Shown here in pieces: positions 27,815 through 41,411 of a DNA stretch of 64,000 nt (the first letter of the stretch is position 1; the number at the start of each line of letters is the position of its first letter). The DNA is from Stegostoma tigrinum (lineage: Eukaryota). The stretch is from assembly GCF_030684315.1 (NCBI RefSeq), contig NC_081391.1:4554048-4618047 (forward strand). Reading direction: 5' to 3'. Position numbers and translations under genes: made by a program. The notes under the pieces were generated by a model. That model saw only the letters and a list, made by a program, of their open reading frames with translations. It ran no database searches and had not been told where the DNA came from.

Positions 27815-30800
27815 TTGTTTAAAAAATACTGTTCTTTTCTCCTTCCTTCCAAAATGAGGAACTTCACATTTTCCTATATTGTACTCCACTTGGCAACTTT
27901 TTGCCCAATTACTTTACCTATCAATATTTCTCGGTAAATTGTGTCCTTCTTACCACTTGCTTTACCATCTATTTTTGAGTCATCTGCAAACTTGGCTACA
28001 GTACATTCACTTCCTTCTTCCAAATCATTAATATATATTGTAAACAGCTGTGGGTCTCAGCACTGATCCCTGTGGAACACCACTAATTACAGCTCACCAA
28101 TCTGAAAAAGAACCCCTTTCCCCACTGATGTTTCCTGCCCATTAGGCAAATCTCTTCTATGCCATTATACTACATTCAGCCCCATGGTTAACAACTTAAC
28201 CTTTCGTGAGGTACTTTGCAACATATCTATTAGTTCCCCTCGATTCACTCTGGTTCAGACGTCCTCGGAAATCTCTAATAAATTAGTCAATTATAGTTCC
28301 CTTTATGCTTTCCTTAATAATCGATTCCAATATTTTTCCTGTGATAGATGTTAGGATAATTGGCCTATAATTATTCACTTTTTGCCTCCGTCCCTTTTCG
28401 AATAGGGATGTCACATTGTCAGTTTTCCAATCCTCTACTACTTCTCCAGATTCCAAGGGTTTTTGGAAAATTACAACTAATACATCCACTGTGTCTGTAG
28501 CTTCTTTTTTTACTTTTTTGCCTTTAGCCCTATTAGTTTGCCTAATACTTGTTCTTTAATGATGGTGATGGTACTTAATTCCTCCCTGTGCTCTTTAGTA
28601 TTAATGGTATGTTTGAAGCATATTTCACTGTAAGGATTGATACAAAACAGCCTCCAGCTTCATCATCCACCAACCCTGGCGGTAGCCCGTTCTTATCTAC
28701 TAACCAAAAACCACAAACCTGACTGCCTCGGCTGACCCATTGTCTCTGCCTGCTCCTGCCCCACTGAACTTTTCTCTGCTTACTTTGACTCTATTTTCTC
28801 CCCCTTGATCCAGGAACTCCCCATCCACGTCCGGGACACCGTCCACACCCTCCACCTCCTCCAAGACTGCCAATTTCCTGGACCCCAACGCCTCATCTTC
28901 TCTATGGACATCCAATCCCAGTACACTTGCATTCCCCACTCAGATGGCCTAAAAGCCCTCTGATTCTTCCTCTCCCACAGCCCCAACCAGTTCCCCTCCA
29001 CCAACACCCTCATCCACTTAACTGAACTCGTCCTTACTCTCAACAACTTCTCTTTCAACTCCTCCCACCTCCTACAGACAAATGGGAACCTGCAAGGGCC
29101 CAAGGTATGTCTGCTTCTTTGTAGGATACATGGAACAGTTCCTTTTTCACAGCTACGCTGGCACTATCCCCACTACATGTATGACTATATCAGTGCTGCC
29201 TCATGCTCCCACGAGGAGCTTGAATAGTTCATCAACTTTATTAACACTTTACACCCCAACCTTAAGTTCACCTGGACCATCTCTGATACCTCTCTCCTTC
29301 TTGGACCTCTCTGTCTCCATCTCTGGTGACCACCTAAAACCGATATCTATTTCAAGCCCACCAACTCCCACATTTAACTAAACTACACCTCTCCTCAACC
29401 AGCTTCCTGCAAGAATGCCACCCCTACTTCTAATTCTTCCGCCTCCACCATGTTTGCTCCTAAGATGGGGTGTTCCACTCCCACAATTCCTAGATCTCCT
29501 CTTATTTCAAGGACCGCAACCTCCCCACACCACCTTCAGTGGTTGAAAATGCTCTCGACCACATCTCTTGCATTTCCCGCACTTCTGCCCTCACATCCCC
29601 TCGCTGCAACAAAAACAAAGACAGAATTCCCCTTGTCCTTATGTATCACCCCACTTACCTCTGGATTCAACGTATCATTCTCCACCACTTCCACTACCTG
29701 TAATCTGACCCTACAACCAAGGATATATTTCCCTCCCCACCCCGTCTGCCTTCCGAAGGGAGTGCTCTCTCCACAACTCCCTTGTCCGCTCCACACTCCC
29801 CACTAGCCCCACCACCCTGGCATCTTTCCCTGTAATCGCAGGAAGTGCAAAACTGCCCCTACACCGCCCCCTCATCTCCATCCAAGGAACCAAAAAGACC
29901 TTCCACAGCAAACAGAGGTTCACCTGCACATCCGCCAATGTGGTCTACTGCATCCGTTGCTCCCGATGTGGATTCCTCTACATTGGTGAGACCAAGCGGA
30001 GACTCAGAGACCGCTTTGTATAGCACCTGCGTTCTGTTTGCGACAAATGACAACACCTTCTAGTCGTGAACCATTTCAACTCCACCTTCCACTACCTGGA
30101 TGACATGTCCATCTTGGGCCTCCTCCAATGTCACAATGAAGCCACCCAGAACCTGAAGGAGCAGCACCCCATTTTCCGCCTTGGGAGCCTACAACCCAAA
30201 GGTCTCAAGGTGCTCTTTGAGACAGTAGGAACTGCTGATCTGGAGTCTGAGATAACAAGGTATGGAGCTGGATGAAAACAGCAGGCCAGGCAGCATCAGA
30301 GGAGCAGGAAAGCTGACATTTCGGTCCAGACCCAAAAGATCAGCTTTTCTGTTCCTCTGATGCTGCCTAGTCAGCTGTGTTCATCCAGCTCCACATCTTG
30401 TGATCAATGTGGACTTGTTTCAAAATCTCCCCACCGCTGGCCTCATCCCACGACCAACCCTCCCTCTCATTCCCACCTCCTTGACCTGACACAACCTGCC
30501 CATCTCTCTCCCCCTCCTCCCACCTCACTGACCAATCCCCACCACTCCCTACCTGCACTCACCTATCAGCGTCCCACCTACCTTCCCCAGCCTCAACCCT
30601 CCTCTGTCTATTTATTTCAGAGCTCCATTCCCCCTCCCCCATTTCTGAAGAAGGGTCCAACCCGAAATGTCAACTTTCCTGTTCCTCTGATGCTGCCTGA
30701 CCTGCAGTGTTCTTCCAGCTCCATACTGTATTATCTCAAAATATTTGTTTAACTCCTTTGCCATTACCTTGATTCCCATAACTTTCTGCCCAGATTTATT

Positions 30801-31110
30801 TTCTCAAGGTCTATGTTTACTTTGACCTCTGTCTTCTTTTTTTTAAAGAATCTCATTGTCAGATTTTATTATTCCTTACTAGGTTGCTGTTGCAGCTTAT
30901 TTTCTCTCTCGTTGTTATTTTTTTCATCCTCCTTTGCTGGATTCTGAATTTGTCCCAGTCTTTGGGCAATCGAAGATTTTTAGCCTCTTTCTATGCTTTT
31001 TCTTTCATCTCAGTACTCCCATTGACTTCTTTGGTTAGCCATGGTTAGTTTATTCCTCTTAAAATCTTTCTTCCTCACTGGATGTATTTTTGCTAAGAGT
31101 CATGAATTAC
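27815..31110 (-). mobile_element. Old CR1-type LINE (27815-28647 and 30738-31110) split by a Penelope-like insertion
   Basis: EDWKTDNVTSLFEKG...NYRPIILTSITGKILE. Sequence before 28648 and after 30737 rejoins into a stretch homologous to ~17750-17800. Confidence 0.75.
28648..30737 (+). mobile_element. Penelope-like element (RT to GIY-YIG) with an internal inverted terminal-repeat fragment (~30220-30335)
   Basis: Homologous to 56780-58766. Hammerhead motif CTGAAGA-AGGGT-CCA-ACCC-GAAA-TGTC at ~30645-30671. Confidence 0.88.
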
Positions 31111-32085
31111 CTCTTTAAATTCAAGGCTGAGGTTGACAAATTTTTAATGTGGAAAGGAATCAGGGGTCAGGGGAAAAGGCAGGAAAATGGACCTGCAAAT
31201 TATCAGATCAGACACAAACTCGTTGAATGGTGGAGCAGACTCGATTTGCTGCAATGCTTACTTCTGTTCTTACAATTCATGGCATCAGGGGAGTTATATG
31301 TTCCTGACCCAGGACAATGAAGTAACTGCACGATCTGTGTTCCATTCGGCATTGTATGTGAGATAAAGGTGCCCTATGACGCTGCCAGTGGCAGAGTTTG
31401 CTGTGGGAATAAATTTAGTGCATTGATGCAGACCCTCATTTTGATAATAGATGCCATCGGAATAAAAGGAATGATCTCCAGTACTTCCTGTTACTCGTTT
31501 GCAGAATTTGACCACATCCTCTACACAAATCATTCCCTTCTTCTTTCTGCTTCCCTGCTGTCTCCCCAGATCTTGGTTTACTGCTTCCAACCCTTTGCTT
31601 TTCCTCAATGCAACCGGGCATCAACCTGGAAAGTTAACTCTGCCTAATTTCTCCAGAGATGCTGCTGCCATTCGGCAGCTGATGACATTTAAGATGAGTC
31701 GACAAAGAGACATTGTTCTTTTTTATGAAAGGATTAGGAATGAAAAGGTATAGACTTAAAATAATTGGCAAAAAAGCAAAAGTGATATGAGGAAAAACAT
31801 TTTCATGCACCAAGTGGTTAATGCACAGCCTGAGAGTGTGCTTAAGGCTGGGCTAATTGAGCTATTTGAAATGGAATTAGACAATTACCTGAAAAGGAAG
31901 TATGTGCAGAGTTATGGGGAGATGACAGGAGAATGGCACCATATGAATTGCTCATTAGGAGAGCAAGAATAGCTGATGTTCTCCTGTGCTGTGACAATTT
32001 TGTGATTCTGTAATCTGCTGAACATTTCCTGGGTTTCCACTTTTTCTTCCTTTCAACATTTTTTTTGCTTCTTGTCCCATTTCAG

Positions 32086-32169
32086 ACTAGTAGAGGATTC
32101 TCAAATAGAACCTCTTCAGACTCGCTGATCAGAGATCTCTACCTACAGACTAGCGACAAGCACAATATG
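32086..32169 (+). CDS. 84-nt phase-0 repeat exon: TSRGFSNRTSSDSLIRDLYLQTSDKHNM
   Basis: Acceptor cttcttgtcccatttcag, donor ATG|gtaagc. Frame 0 is open; frames 1 and 2 hit stops. Confidence 0.75.
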
Positions 32170-33363
32170 GTAAGCATGTTTGTGTATTAACCCTTGAGAT
32201 AAAGCTGATGCTGGCCAGTTGAAAATGGCACTTACTGATCACTGGCAGCTGTATTGCTGCAGCAGTTTCTGTTTTCAATTGAGTTGGAAATGTTGACAAA
32301 ATTTTAAAGTTCAAATCAACGCTAGGTCTCAGTGAGACTAAGAGATGAGTCTCAGAAAAGATCGGCCTGTCAGTATCAAGAAAGGAAGATCAAGCAGTAA
32401 TAAATCAGCAGTCCATTTTTTAAAAGCTAGTTTCATTTCTCTTGTGGACTAGTTTGCTCTTCTACTAAGTGTTGGAGTTGAGGTGTGAGTTTTCCAAACA
32501 CTGAATTCTAAAGCCATTTATAGACTGCATCAGAATGAATTCTTGCACAACAGAGTTCTCCAGAACCTGACTGCAAACTGCTTATTCCTTTGCCCTGTTA
32601 GAGTTGCTGGCTGGTTTTTGTTGTTTAGTTAATGGTTCTGAAAGGGTTAATGACAAAGACTGCATTATCCTCCACCCAGTTTCATCTTAGAATATCATAG
32701 ACTGTAGACCTATGACCACACATTAAGAATGTCTGAGTATTAATGTAACTTGTACCGAATTACTAACATGCAATAAACTGCATCTTGTTAAAATGAGAAC
32801 CACTTGTTGGTAAGGCTCAATAGTGGTTGATCCCTCATCACTGTAAATCCATAAAAGCTTTAAGATCCAATCAAGGAAAGAGGACTGGTAGCAGCATCCT
32901 TTTATGCTTAAATGCCATAGATTTCTGTTGCTGGCATGGAGTGTTATTCCAATTGGCGAACATGTTGTCAATGCCAGCTCTGCTCTCTGTGCAATGATGT
33001 GTGTGCTTCTCTGATGTTGACATCCATTGTTTTCACATGTTATTCCCTGTTTTAACCATTAATGCATGAATAGTGGCTAAGGAAATAAATTATACCCACC
33101 AATCAAAAATACCCACTCCTGGCATTTCATCAAAGTTATAAACCTTAAAACTGGGTGAAGTTCACAATGTGAGTATGAATGTTGAGATCACTTCCTGCAG
33201 TAGTGGCCTATTTGTCCTTCATTAACAGACAGTGTCGGTCGGTGCTGTCAAATACAATTAGCTCCATTTACAGTCACTAGAAGAAGCTAAGGAATGGAAA
33301 AATCAATAAGTGTCCTGTTCTCCAAACAGTTATAAAACTTGTTTTCTTTTTGCTCCATTACAG

Positions 33364-33447
33364 TCAGATCGAGGATTCTCAAGTAGAATGTCCTTGAACT
33401 CAATAAATAGAGATATTTATCTGCACGCAACTGATAACAATGATAAG
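33364..33447 (+). CDS. 84-nt phase-0 repeat exon: SDRGFSSRMSLNSINRDIYLHATDNNDK
   Basis: Acceptor tttgctccattacag, donor AAG|gtaaga. Open in frame 0. Confidence 0.75.
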
Positions 33448-34749
33448 GTAAGAGAATTTTTGTGTTTCTTCTTGGAATTTGATTGACACTAACAAGGTTG
33501 CATTAGAAACCTAGATACAGAAGTAAGTCAAGCAGCCCCTTGAGTCTATGCCACTAAACAGCTGGTTATTGCTGGTCTTTAAAACTCCAAAAACCTGCCT
33601 TTGCCCCTTATCCCTTGAATGCTTTGCTTAATAAATAACTGTTCATCTCAGGTATAAAATTAACAATTGATTTCACGTTAAATCTGTTAAATGGTTCAGT
33701 TCTGAAGAAGAGTCATAGCGGATTCGAGACATTTGCTTCATTTCAACACAGATACTGCCAAATCTGCTGAGTTTCTCCAGCATTCTCTGTGGTCATTTCA
33801 GATTTCCAGAATCCAGAATATTTTGCCTTTATTGGAGGCCAAAGAATGATGGCTGACCTTCTTATTCATTCATGGGGTGTGGGTGTCATTGGCTAGGTCA
33901 GCATTTACTACCCACCCCTAATTGCCCAGAGGGCAGTTAAGAGTCAGCCCCATTGCTGAGCGCCTGCAGTCACCTCTTTGCGAGACTGGTAAGAATGGCA
34001 GATTTCCTTCCCCAGAGGGCATAAGTGAACCAGATGAGGTTTTGCAACAATGAAAATCGTTACATGGTCACCATTAGGCCAGCCTTTTTCATTCCAGATT
34101 TTTATGCAATTTTCATTTCGCCCAGGATTGAACAAATGAATCTAGGACATTAGCTAGGGTTTTTGGATTACCTTGTCCAGTGATGCTACCATTACTCCTC
34201 CATGTTCCTTAATCATTGAAATGTATAAGACCTTGATCAAATGCAGGACAATGGATATTAGGAAGATGATTCTTCTGGTGAAGGAGACTAGAACTAGAAA
34301 ATACATATTAATCATAAAAGAGGTCTCTTTGACACCGAGATCAAGAGAGTTTTTTTTTCTCTCGAAAGGCCAGTAGCGGTGTGAAATTCAGTCGTCCAGA
34401 AGGCACAGGATATTTAAAATTATCCAAGATGGAGTTAGATACATTTTTGATAAAGGAGTTGAGGGTAATTGGGAGCGGAAGGAAAGTGAAGAGAGATTAC
34501 AAATAGATTATTTATTGTGTTATTGGGGCAGGCTCAAAAGCTAAACGGCCTGTTCTTTTTAAGCCCTGTATTCCTATGAGTTAATTGTTATATTTTATTT
34601 GCATTTAATATGTTTGCTTGAGTTAAATTCTGCCTTAGAGAGCTATTATAATAAGATGATACAGTTATTAGGGGTCACCTGCTGGACGTACGGCCTTCTG
34701 AGTCTCCAAGTCTTTGACTTAAATGTAAAAATATGACAGAAAGATGGTA

Positions 34750-34845
34750 GAGATAACAAAGCATAGAGCTGGATGAACACAGCAGGCCAAGCAGCATCTT
34801 AGGAGCACAAAAGCTGATGTTTTGGGCCTAGACCCTTCATCAGAA
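34750..34845 (-). mobile_element. Solo PLE terminal-repeat insertion with hammerhead motif and 13-bp direct repeat
   Basis: CAGAAAGATGGTA at 34737-34749 and 34841-34853. Insert matches 1184-1278 in reverse; the GAAA box is mutated. Confidence 0.8.
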
Positions 34846-35868
34846 AGATGGTAATTCCTTGAGGGGGAAATGAAAGGCCAGGAAGACTCTGATTGATTGG
34901 CTGGTATTTTTGTGGGCTATGAAAGGATTTGTGAGGTTTGAGTCTTATTGAGAGATTGGGTGTGACAAACAAGGGCAGGTACAAAAGTTGTCCATTTTCT
35001 CCTCAGCTTTGGTAGCTTTTAATATCCCTGTTAGAACCATGGTGTTGAATTTTTCAATAAGACCCTTGATCTCATGCACTCCCTAGAAGCTACTCGCACC
35101 AGGTCACCTGCTGTCTGTCACATCTCCTCCATGAGCTACACATTTTATATAAAAGAAATGCACTTGGTTTGTACTGAGCTGGTCTGATTGAAATCAATCA
35201 ACTGTCCATTGCTAATTACCCTGAATAGGGTTCGCTGGGCTGCTTTTTTGAACTGTAACAGTCCAGGTGGGTGTTGGTGGATTCATCCTGGCATTTGGAG
35301 TGATAACGGAGGAGCTGTGTGATACATTTCCAAATCAGGATGGTGGGGACTCAGAAACTAATTCAAAGGCAGTTGTGCTGTTGTGATTTCTGTGAATGAG
35401 GTTGCAAGACTGGGAGGTACTCTGGGAGTGAGTTTAATAAAATACTGCAGTGTCTCCTGCAGACAGTATAGCAGACAACAGCACCATTAACTACAGGCAC
35501 TAATTTGAGTTAAAACGCCTTAGATATATTCCAGGAAGATGAACCTCATAAGTGAACCAATATAAACAGCATGTCTCACTGTTAAGTGTGAAACCCCTGC
35601 AATCGTTCATCTTTCTTAAAAGTTTCAAACTGCTCCTAATTTTGGGCCTAGACTTCATCAGTGTGATTTCTGGGAATTCTGTCACATGCAGTGAGAATCT
35701 GCAGGCCCTGCAGTCCACTCTTTATCGAGAACCTTTTTGGATGCTGCTTGTACTCTGCCCTGTTGGCTCTGCTTGCTGTTAATTGTTGGAAGAAGCTGTG
35801 AAGTGAAAACATAAATAGACTGTTCTCCAAACCTTTAAAATACTTATTTGCTTCCTGTCCCATTACAG

Positions 35869-35952
35869 ACAGATCGAGGATTCTCAAATAGAACCTCCTC
35901 AAACTCATTGAGCAGAGATGTCTATCTACAAAGTAGTGATAACTGTGATAAG
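35869..35952 (+). CDS. 84-nt phase-0 repeat exon: TDRGFSNRTSSNSLSRDVYLQSSDNCDK
   Basis: Acceptor cttcctgtcccattacag, donor AAG|gtgaga. Frame 0 is open; frames 1 and 2 hit stops. Confidence 0.78.
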
Positions 35953-37098
35953 GTGAGAGCATCTTAGTTTTTGTTCTGTAAGTGTGATTGTTATTGACAA
36001 GGCTGCATCAGGAACATTGGAAAGGAGTCACACCACATCCTAAACTCCCCAACCACTAGAGATAGCAATAACAGCTTTATCGCATCCTTCCCTGGTTGTT
36101 CTGCAAAGTCTTCCTGAGATAGCTTCTGGAACACCTATGGTCTGCGTTGTAGAGTTTTCAGAATGGAAGTTCGGTGGCTGACATTCCGGCTCTGCTGGAT
36201 AAAAGTGAAAATTACTAACATAGACCTGTTGTAGTATCCAACACTATTCCCCAGGCTTCCTCTTTTTGTGGATGTGGATTTGGGGGCCTGCCAGGCATCC
36301 AGTTAGTCATTAAGAGCCTTGCTAACCAGGGTTAAAGGAGGTTATTTGAGATTTTTCAGTCAGCCTTCAATATTCCAGCAACACATGGGAGCCATACAAA
36401 CAGTTGGCATTCATCCAGTCTAAGATGCCCTGGGAAGGTTAACAGATATTCCCGGCCTCCCTGTGTGTCAGTGACCATGCTGTCACTGGATTCCCTTCTC
36501 CTGACTGTCCTCTCCACCACCTTCTGCCCCTCATCTGTTTTATGTTTAGATTTTAAAATCTTGTTGAAAAGATGCTTCTATATTGAATCCCCCCAACGGT
36601 TACCCCCTGCTGCTTCTTTCAGCCCTGAAGGTCTCCCATTGACCCATGTGTTTTGAAAGCCCACCAGGCACTCTGAATAGGACAGGAAACTTGGATCTGT
36701 GCTATTTAATTGGACTCTAGTATCAAAATTCCAAAATATTGGTTCACCTCTGTGGTGGCTTTCAAACCCAGGAGCAGTCCCAAACCCTCATTCCCAACTG
36801 CTATTCCCTCCATTCCACCAGCATTCCTATCCTTGAAGTGAAAATGCGACTTTAAGTTTCTGACCCAGCAACAATGAAGGGCCACTGCAATACATCTCCA
36901 AGTTGGAATGGTAAAGTTACCGCACATAACAAGAGTCACCAGGTCCTGAGCCCATTCTTCATCTAGAACCTGTTTGGATGCCATTGTTCTTCACCCTCTT
37001 GGACCTCCTTGTAGTTGGTTGTTAAAAGAAGCTATGAAATAAAAACAGGCAGTTCTCCAAACCTTTAAAAGACTTGTTTGCTTCTTGCCCCCTTGCAG

Positions 37099-37182
37099 AT
37101 AGGTCAAGGATTCTCAAATAGAACCTCCTCAAATTCATTGAATAGAGATGTACATCTACAGAGTAGTAACAAGCCCATCAAG
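37099..37182 (+). CDS. 84-nt phase-0 repeat exon: IGQGFSNRTSSNSLNRDVHLQSSNKPIK
   Basis: Acceptor cttcttgcccccttgcag, donor AAG|gtagga. Open in frame 0. Confidence 0.75.
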
Positions 37183-39814
37183 GTAGGACTATATTTGTAT
37201 TGTTCCTGGTGTGTGATGTGGCAATGTACCCTTGATGTCCCAGCCCTAAATATCCTAAATATTTTGTACCTCCTCCTGGCTGCACTGCAGCTTGTGTGAT
37301 GGTTCACTGAATGCTTTATCGTGGGGAATACCAGGTTTCTGACTCAATGACAATGAAGAAATGGCATGAAATAACTCCATGTCAGGATATCATGTGACTT
37401 GAAGAAAACTTGGAGATGATGGTTTTCTCGTGGTATTGAAAGGTAAAGATTGCAAGTTGGAAACTGTGTTGATGAAGCTCTGTTCTTCGCAGAAGTGCCC
37501 TCTCATAAATAGAGACAAGGAGTGTTATAGTCCAGAAAGCTAGTTAGTGGAGGATAGACGAAGCCATTCATTACACACTTGTCGATTTATTTGCAGAATT
37601 CGATGTTTTAGAAAACTCTAGAGTTTTAGACTGTGTTTTAGGGGCTCAAGTGAATCTCAAGCTCATATCCACCACCTGCATTTATTTAAACACAATTGGT
37701 ATGTAACTAATGCAGTAAAAAGAGAGTTGTGTTAAATCTTTATAGATCACAAATAGACTACTATTGGAGTATTCTGTCCAGTTCTGGACCCCACGCTTAG
37801 GGAAGGTATCACGTGCTCAGTGAGGATGCGGGTTATAATGGTGCTAGGGTTGAAGGACTTACATATAAAAACTGGAGAAGGTGGGATTGTTCTTTGTTTT
37901 ATTCATTCGCTTGCTTCATTCATTGCTCGCTGGGCCATCATTTATTACCCATGTTTAATTGTCCTTGTGAAGGTGGTGGTGAGCTGCCTTCTTAAACCAC
38001 AGCATTACTTGGAGAGTAAGTAGACCCCCACATTATTAGGGAGGGAGTCCTAGGATTTTGACCCAGAAGCACCATATCAAGGGTAATGTATCTCTAAGTC
38101 AGCACGAATGGCTTGGAGAGGATCTTGCAGGTAACTGCCCCCCCTTGTCCTTTTAGGTAGTGGTGATTGTGGCTGGAAAGTATTTTTTTGGAGCAAAGAT
38201 TTTGGGTGATTTCATAGAGGTGTTCAGATTGATGAAGAGTTTGAATGGAGTTGTAAAGTAGAAGCTCTTCCAATGGGAGAAGTGTTGGTAACCAGAGAAT
38301 GGAGACTTAATATAATTTGCTAAAGAGCCAGAGGTGAAGGTGAGGAGAATATGTTTAACCCAGTGAGTTGTTCTGTGCTGAAACATGCTCCATAAAGTGG
38401 ATTCATTAATATTTTTTAAATGGAGCTGAATAAATATTTGAAAAGGAAAGATTTGCAGAGTGATTTGGTAAATGCAGTGGGCTGAGGCTTTTTGCGTTGC
38501 TCTTTGAAAGAATCAGCATAGGCACAATGAGGCAAGTAGTCTCGTTCTGTGCTGTATGCTTCCTCATCCCTGAGCGTGGAACAGTGAGGGTGCAGGGACA
38601 GTATAGGTTGGGTGGAAAACAGGAACCAGTTTCTATTTCCTCCCTGATTGGAGTCAGATCTCCATTGTTGTCATTATATCGTAATCCCAAATGATGACTT
38701 TAACTCACTAAACTTGTTAATCACTCCCATGCCGTTATAAATGTGAGCTCCAAACACTCTGCATTAGTCCCTGTTTTGATCTCTCCTATTTTGGAATGAA
38801 TCTTTATTCACATGCCATTTGTTCCAGTTAACCTTGATTCTTTGATGCTTAAACCTGGTTCCCTTCACTCTATCAAATTAATTTAAACACTCCCTTACAG
38901 CATAGTTAACTTCTGAGTGAGAGTTCCAACCTCCCACCTTGTGCACGTCTTGCCCACCCCAGGAATCTGCAACAATTTGTTCTGCACCTTATGTTCAACT
39001 AGCATTAACCAGATGGATTTTGTAGTTCCCGTATTCACTGGTACCGTGGCACTAAGAGTAATCTAGATATCACTGTTTTTGACGTCCTACCTTTCAGTTT
39101 CCTGCATGGACCTCATCATCTGTGTAACACCCTTCAACTTCCTGCAGAATACCCATCCACTTAATTTCATCCTGTGATCTGTTTTGGTTCAGGAAATGTT
39201 TTTTCAGCAGAGCCTTGTCCTATCTTTTGTGTAACTCTGATGTCCCACAAATGTGAGCAGTTCTACAGATGCACATGCATCCAGATGTTAATCAGCATGT
39301 GACTTTGGAGACAATCCAGGGGTGTGACCAGCTCCTGGGCTCCTGTTTCTCCAATCTGGTATTCAACTGCTTAAACTCCTTCAATATCTGTCCACACTGT
39401 TTGTCACCATGTGAAGCGTGATCTTTGGTCACTATACTCCTTTCTTTACAGCCATTTTGTGAGATCCTTCACCCATTAGGGCCTCTTCTAATTACTGTAT
39501 GGTTGCACTTCCCTCAAGGGGGTTCGAGTTGTATGGTAACATTATATGTTGTAGTCTAGAGTTATAGATTGTGATAGGTGAGGCTGTAGCTTTCTAGCCA
39601 CCGTGTTGCAAGGATTTGCTGATTGATAGTACCCTGTTTGGCCATGTTGACAACCTTCCTTTGCCATCAAGACCTAGGGTAGGACATGAACTCAGATGTT
39701 CTGGATCAGAGATAGGGAGTCTCCCCACTGTGCAAAATTGCAACAGCGTAAAAGGCTGTCAACAGAAGTCTGTCTAATTATTCACTTTCCTCATGCATAC
39801 ATGTGTACATACAG

Positions 39815-39861
39815 ACTGATACGGAAAGGCAGAGGGACACACAGACCGACTAGTTTCTAAG
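39815..39861 (+). CDS. Candidate stop-containing exon of the repeat-exon gene: TDTERQRDTQTD* (TAG 39851-39853)
   Basis: Starts acag|ACT GAT like the other exons and has a strong donor AAG|gtaaga 8 nt after the stop. The acceptor pyrimidine tract is only moderate. Confidence 0.4.
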
Positions 39862-41362
39862 GTAAGAAGAATGTCCTATGCAAGGAGATTGAGTAAACTA
39901 GGACTATTTCCCTTGCAGTTTAGAAGAAAGAGGTGATCGAATTGAAATATGTAAAATTCTGAAAGTGCTTGCCAGGGTAGATGTTGAAAAAGTGCTTCCC
40001 CTAGGTGGGCAATCAGGAACTCAAGGTCAAATCTCAGATTGAGGATTCAGTTGTTTAGGACTGAGATGAGAAATGTCTTCACTCAAAGAGCTGTGAATCT
40101 TTAAAATGTTTTGCCTCAGAGGATTGTGGATGCTCAGTCTGGAGAGAAAGAGCAAAAGGTTTGCGAGTATTAATGAAACGTCATGTTTGCTGACAGTAGA
40201 ACTCCAATAATGATTGCTGATTATTTCCGATTGTACATGAAAACATGCATGCCTGCAATATTAAGCTGATTTTTAAAAATTAAGTTCTCCTCCTTAATTT
40301 AACACTATATTTCCCTTACCCAGTATAATCTTGTATCAGACTTATTATTTATGGGTATTTGCCACGCTTTGTTGAAATATATTTGAGAGTTGTTGCTGTT
40401 AGTCCCTGTACCTAGACAGTTTTAATGAAATTACAGGATGTGAGGATAGTGTTGGACGGTGCTGTTGAATTTGAAGAGGAGCCATCGTCTTGATGAGAAT
40501 CAGAGGAAACTTCAGTGGCCAAATGCTTCCAGGGCTTTTGTCTAAGTATTGAGTGACCACGAACTGGAATAGGGATGCACATTCAATACACACTTGCAAA
40601 AGGGAATTGGACACATTTTGAAGGACAGCAGGTTGAAGGATTACACGGAAAAGGTGGGAGAGGTGACTATATGTTGGATAGCTGTTTCAAAGAGCCAACA
40701 TCATCACAATTGTTTGAATTGTCTCCTTTGTGCTGTATCACTCTCTATTTGCCATGAAATAGCAGAAATCTGTGAACGTTGTTTAAGCCGTTAAGTATTT
40801 CAACTATGTTTCATTATATTCCTTTATGCTATATTTTTTGAGTGTATGAAGGATATTCGGCCTTGCTTCATAGTTCACCCTTTTAACAGAATTGGCCTCA
40901 CTGATCTCCTGTAATGACATTACCTTTGGAAGTGGCCCATGTGGAGCGTATCTTGACTGATACATACTTTTCCTGTCCTGAGCCTGTGCAGTTTCATCCT
41001 ATTTATGGATGTTTGAATTCCACAGTCCTGAGAAAATAACACCCTCTTCCAGCCTTTGCTGTTATTGACTTCAGGGATCTTTATCAGAGAGTCTCCATTT
41101 ACACCTCTAGCTCCTGACGCTGAATGTTATGACAGTTAAAATTGTTTTAAGAGGTTTTGTTGTGTAATAATGTTGCTGCATTCAGCCAATTGGAAGTCAG
41201 AGCTGTCACCAGAATACCAGCTAAATGAAGGCCAACCATGATTGTGAGCCTTATCAAGTTGTCTTATCTTCCACCACTACCTTTCTGTAACAGAAACATG
41301 CATGCAGTGCCGTTTTTTTTAAAAGAAACAAATCTGCACAATCAGTTGATGATATTTAACAA

Positions 41363-41368
41363 TTTATT
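41363..41368 (-). terminator. Polyadenylation signal (AATAAA) for profilin-3
   Basis: TTTATT on the plus strand, 44 nt past the PFN3 stop codon. Confidence 0.65.
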
Positions 41369-41411
41369 TTAATGCAAATTTGTAAATTCTCTGAAAATCC
41401 CACCCTACACT

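Noticed and set aside
32086-37182. 84-nt exons as leucine-rich-repeat (NLR-type) or titin PEVK exons, which are also often 84 nt
   Set aside because: No LxxLxLxxNxL pattern and no P/E/V/K enrichment.
24618-37182. Repeated units as a CRISPR-like array
   Set aside because: Units are kilobases apart, bounded by splice signals, and lie in eukaryotic DNA with no cas genes.
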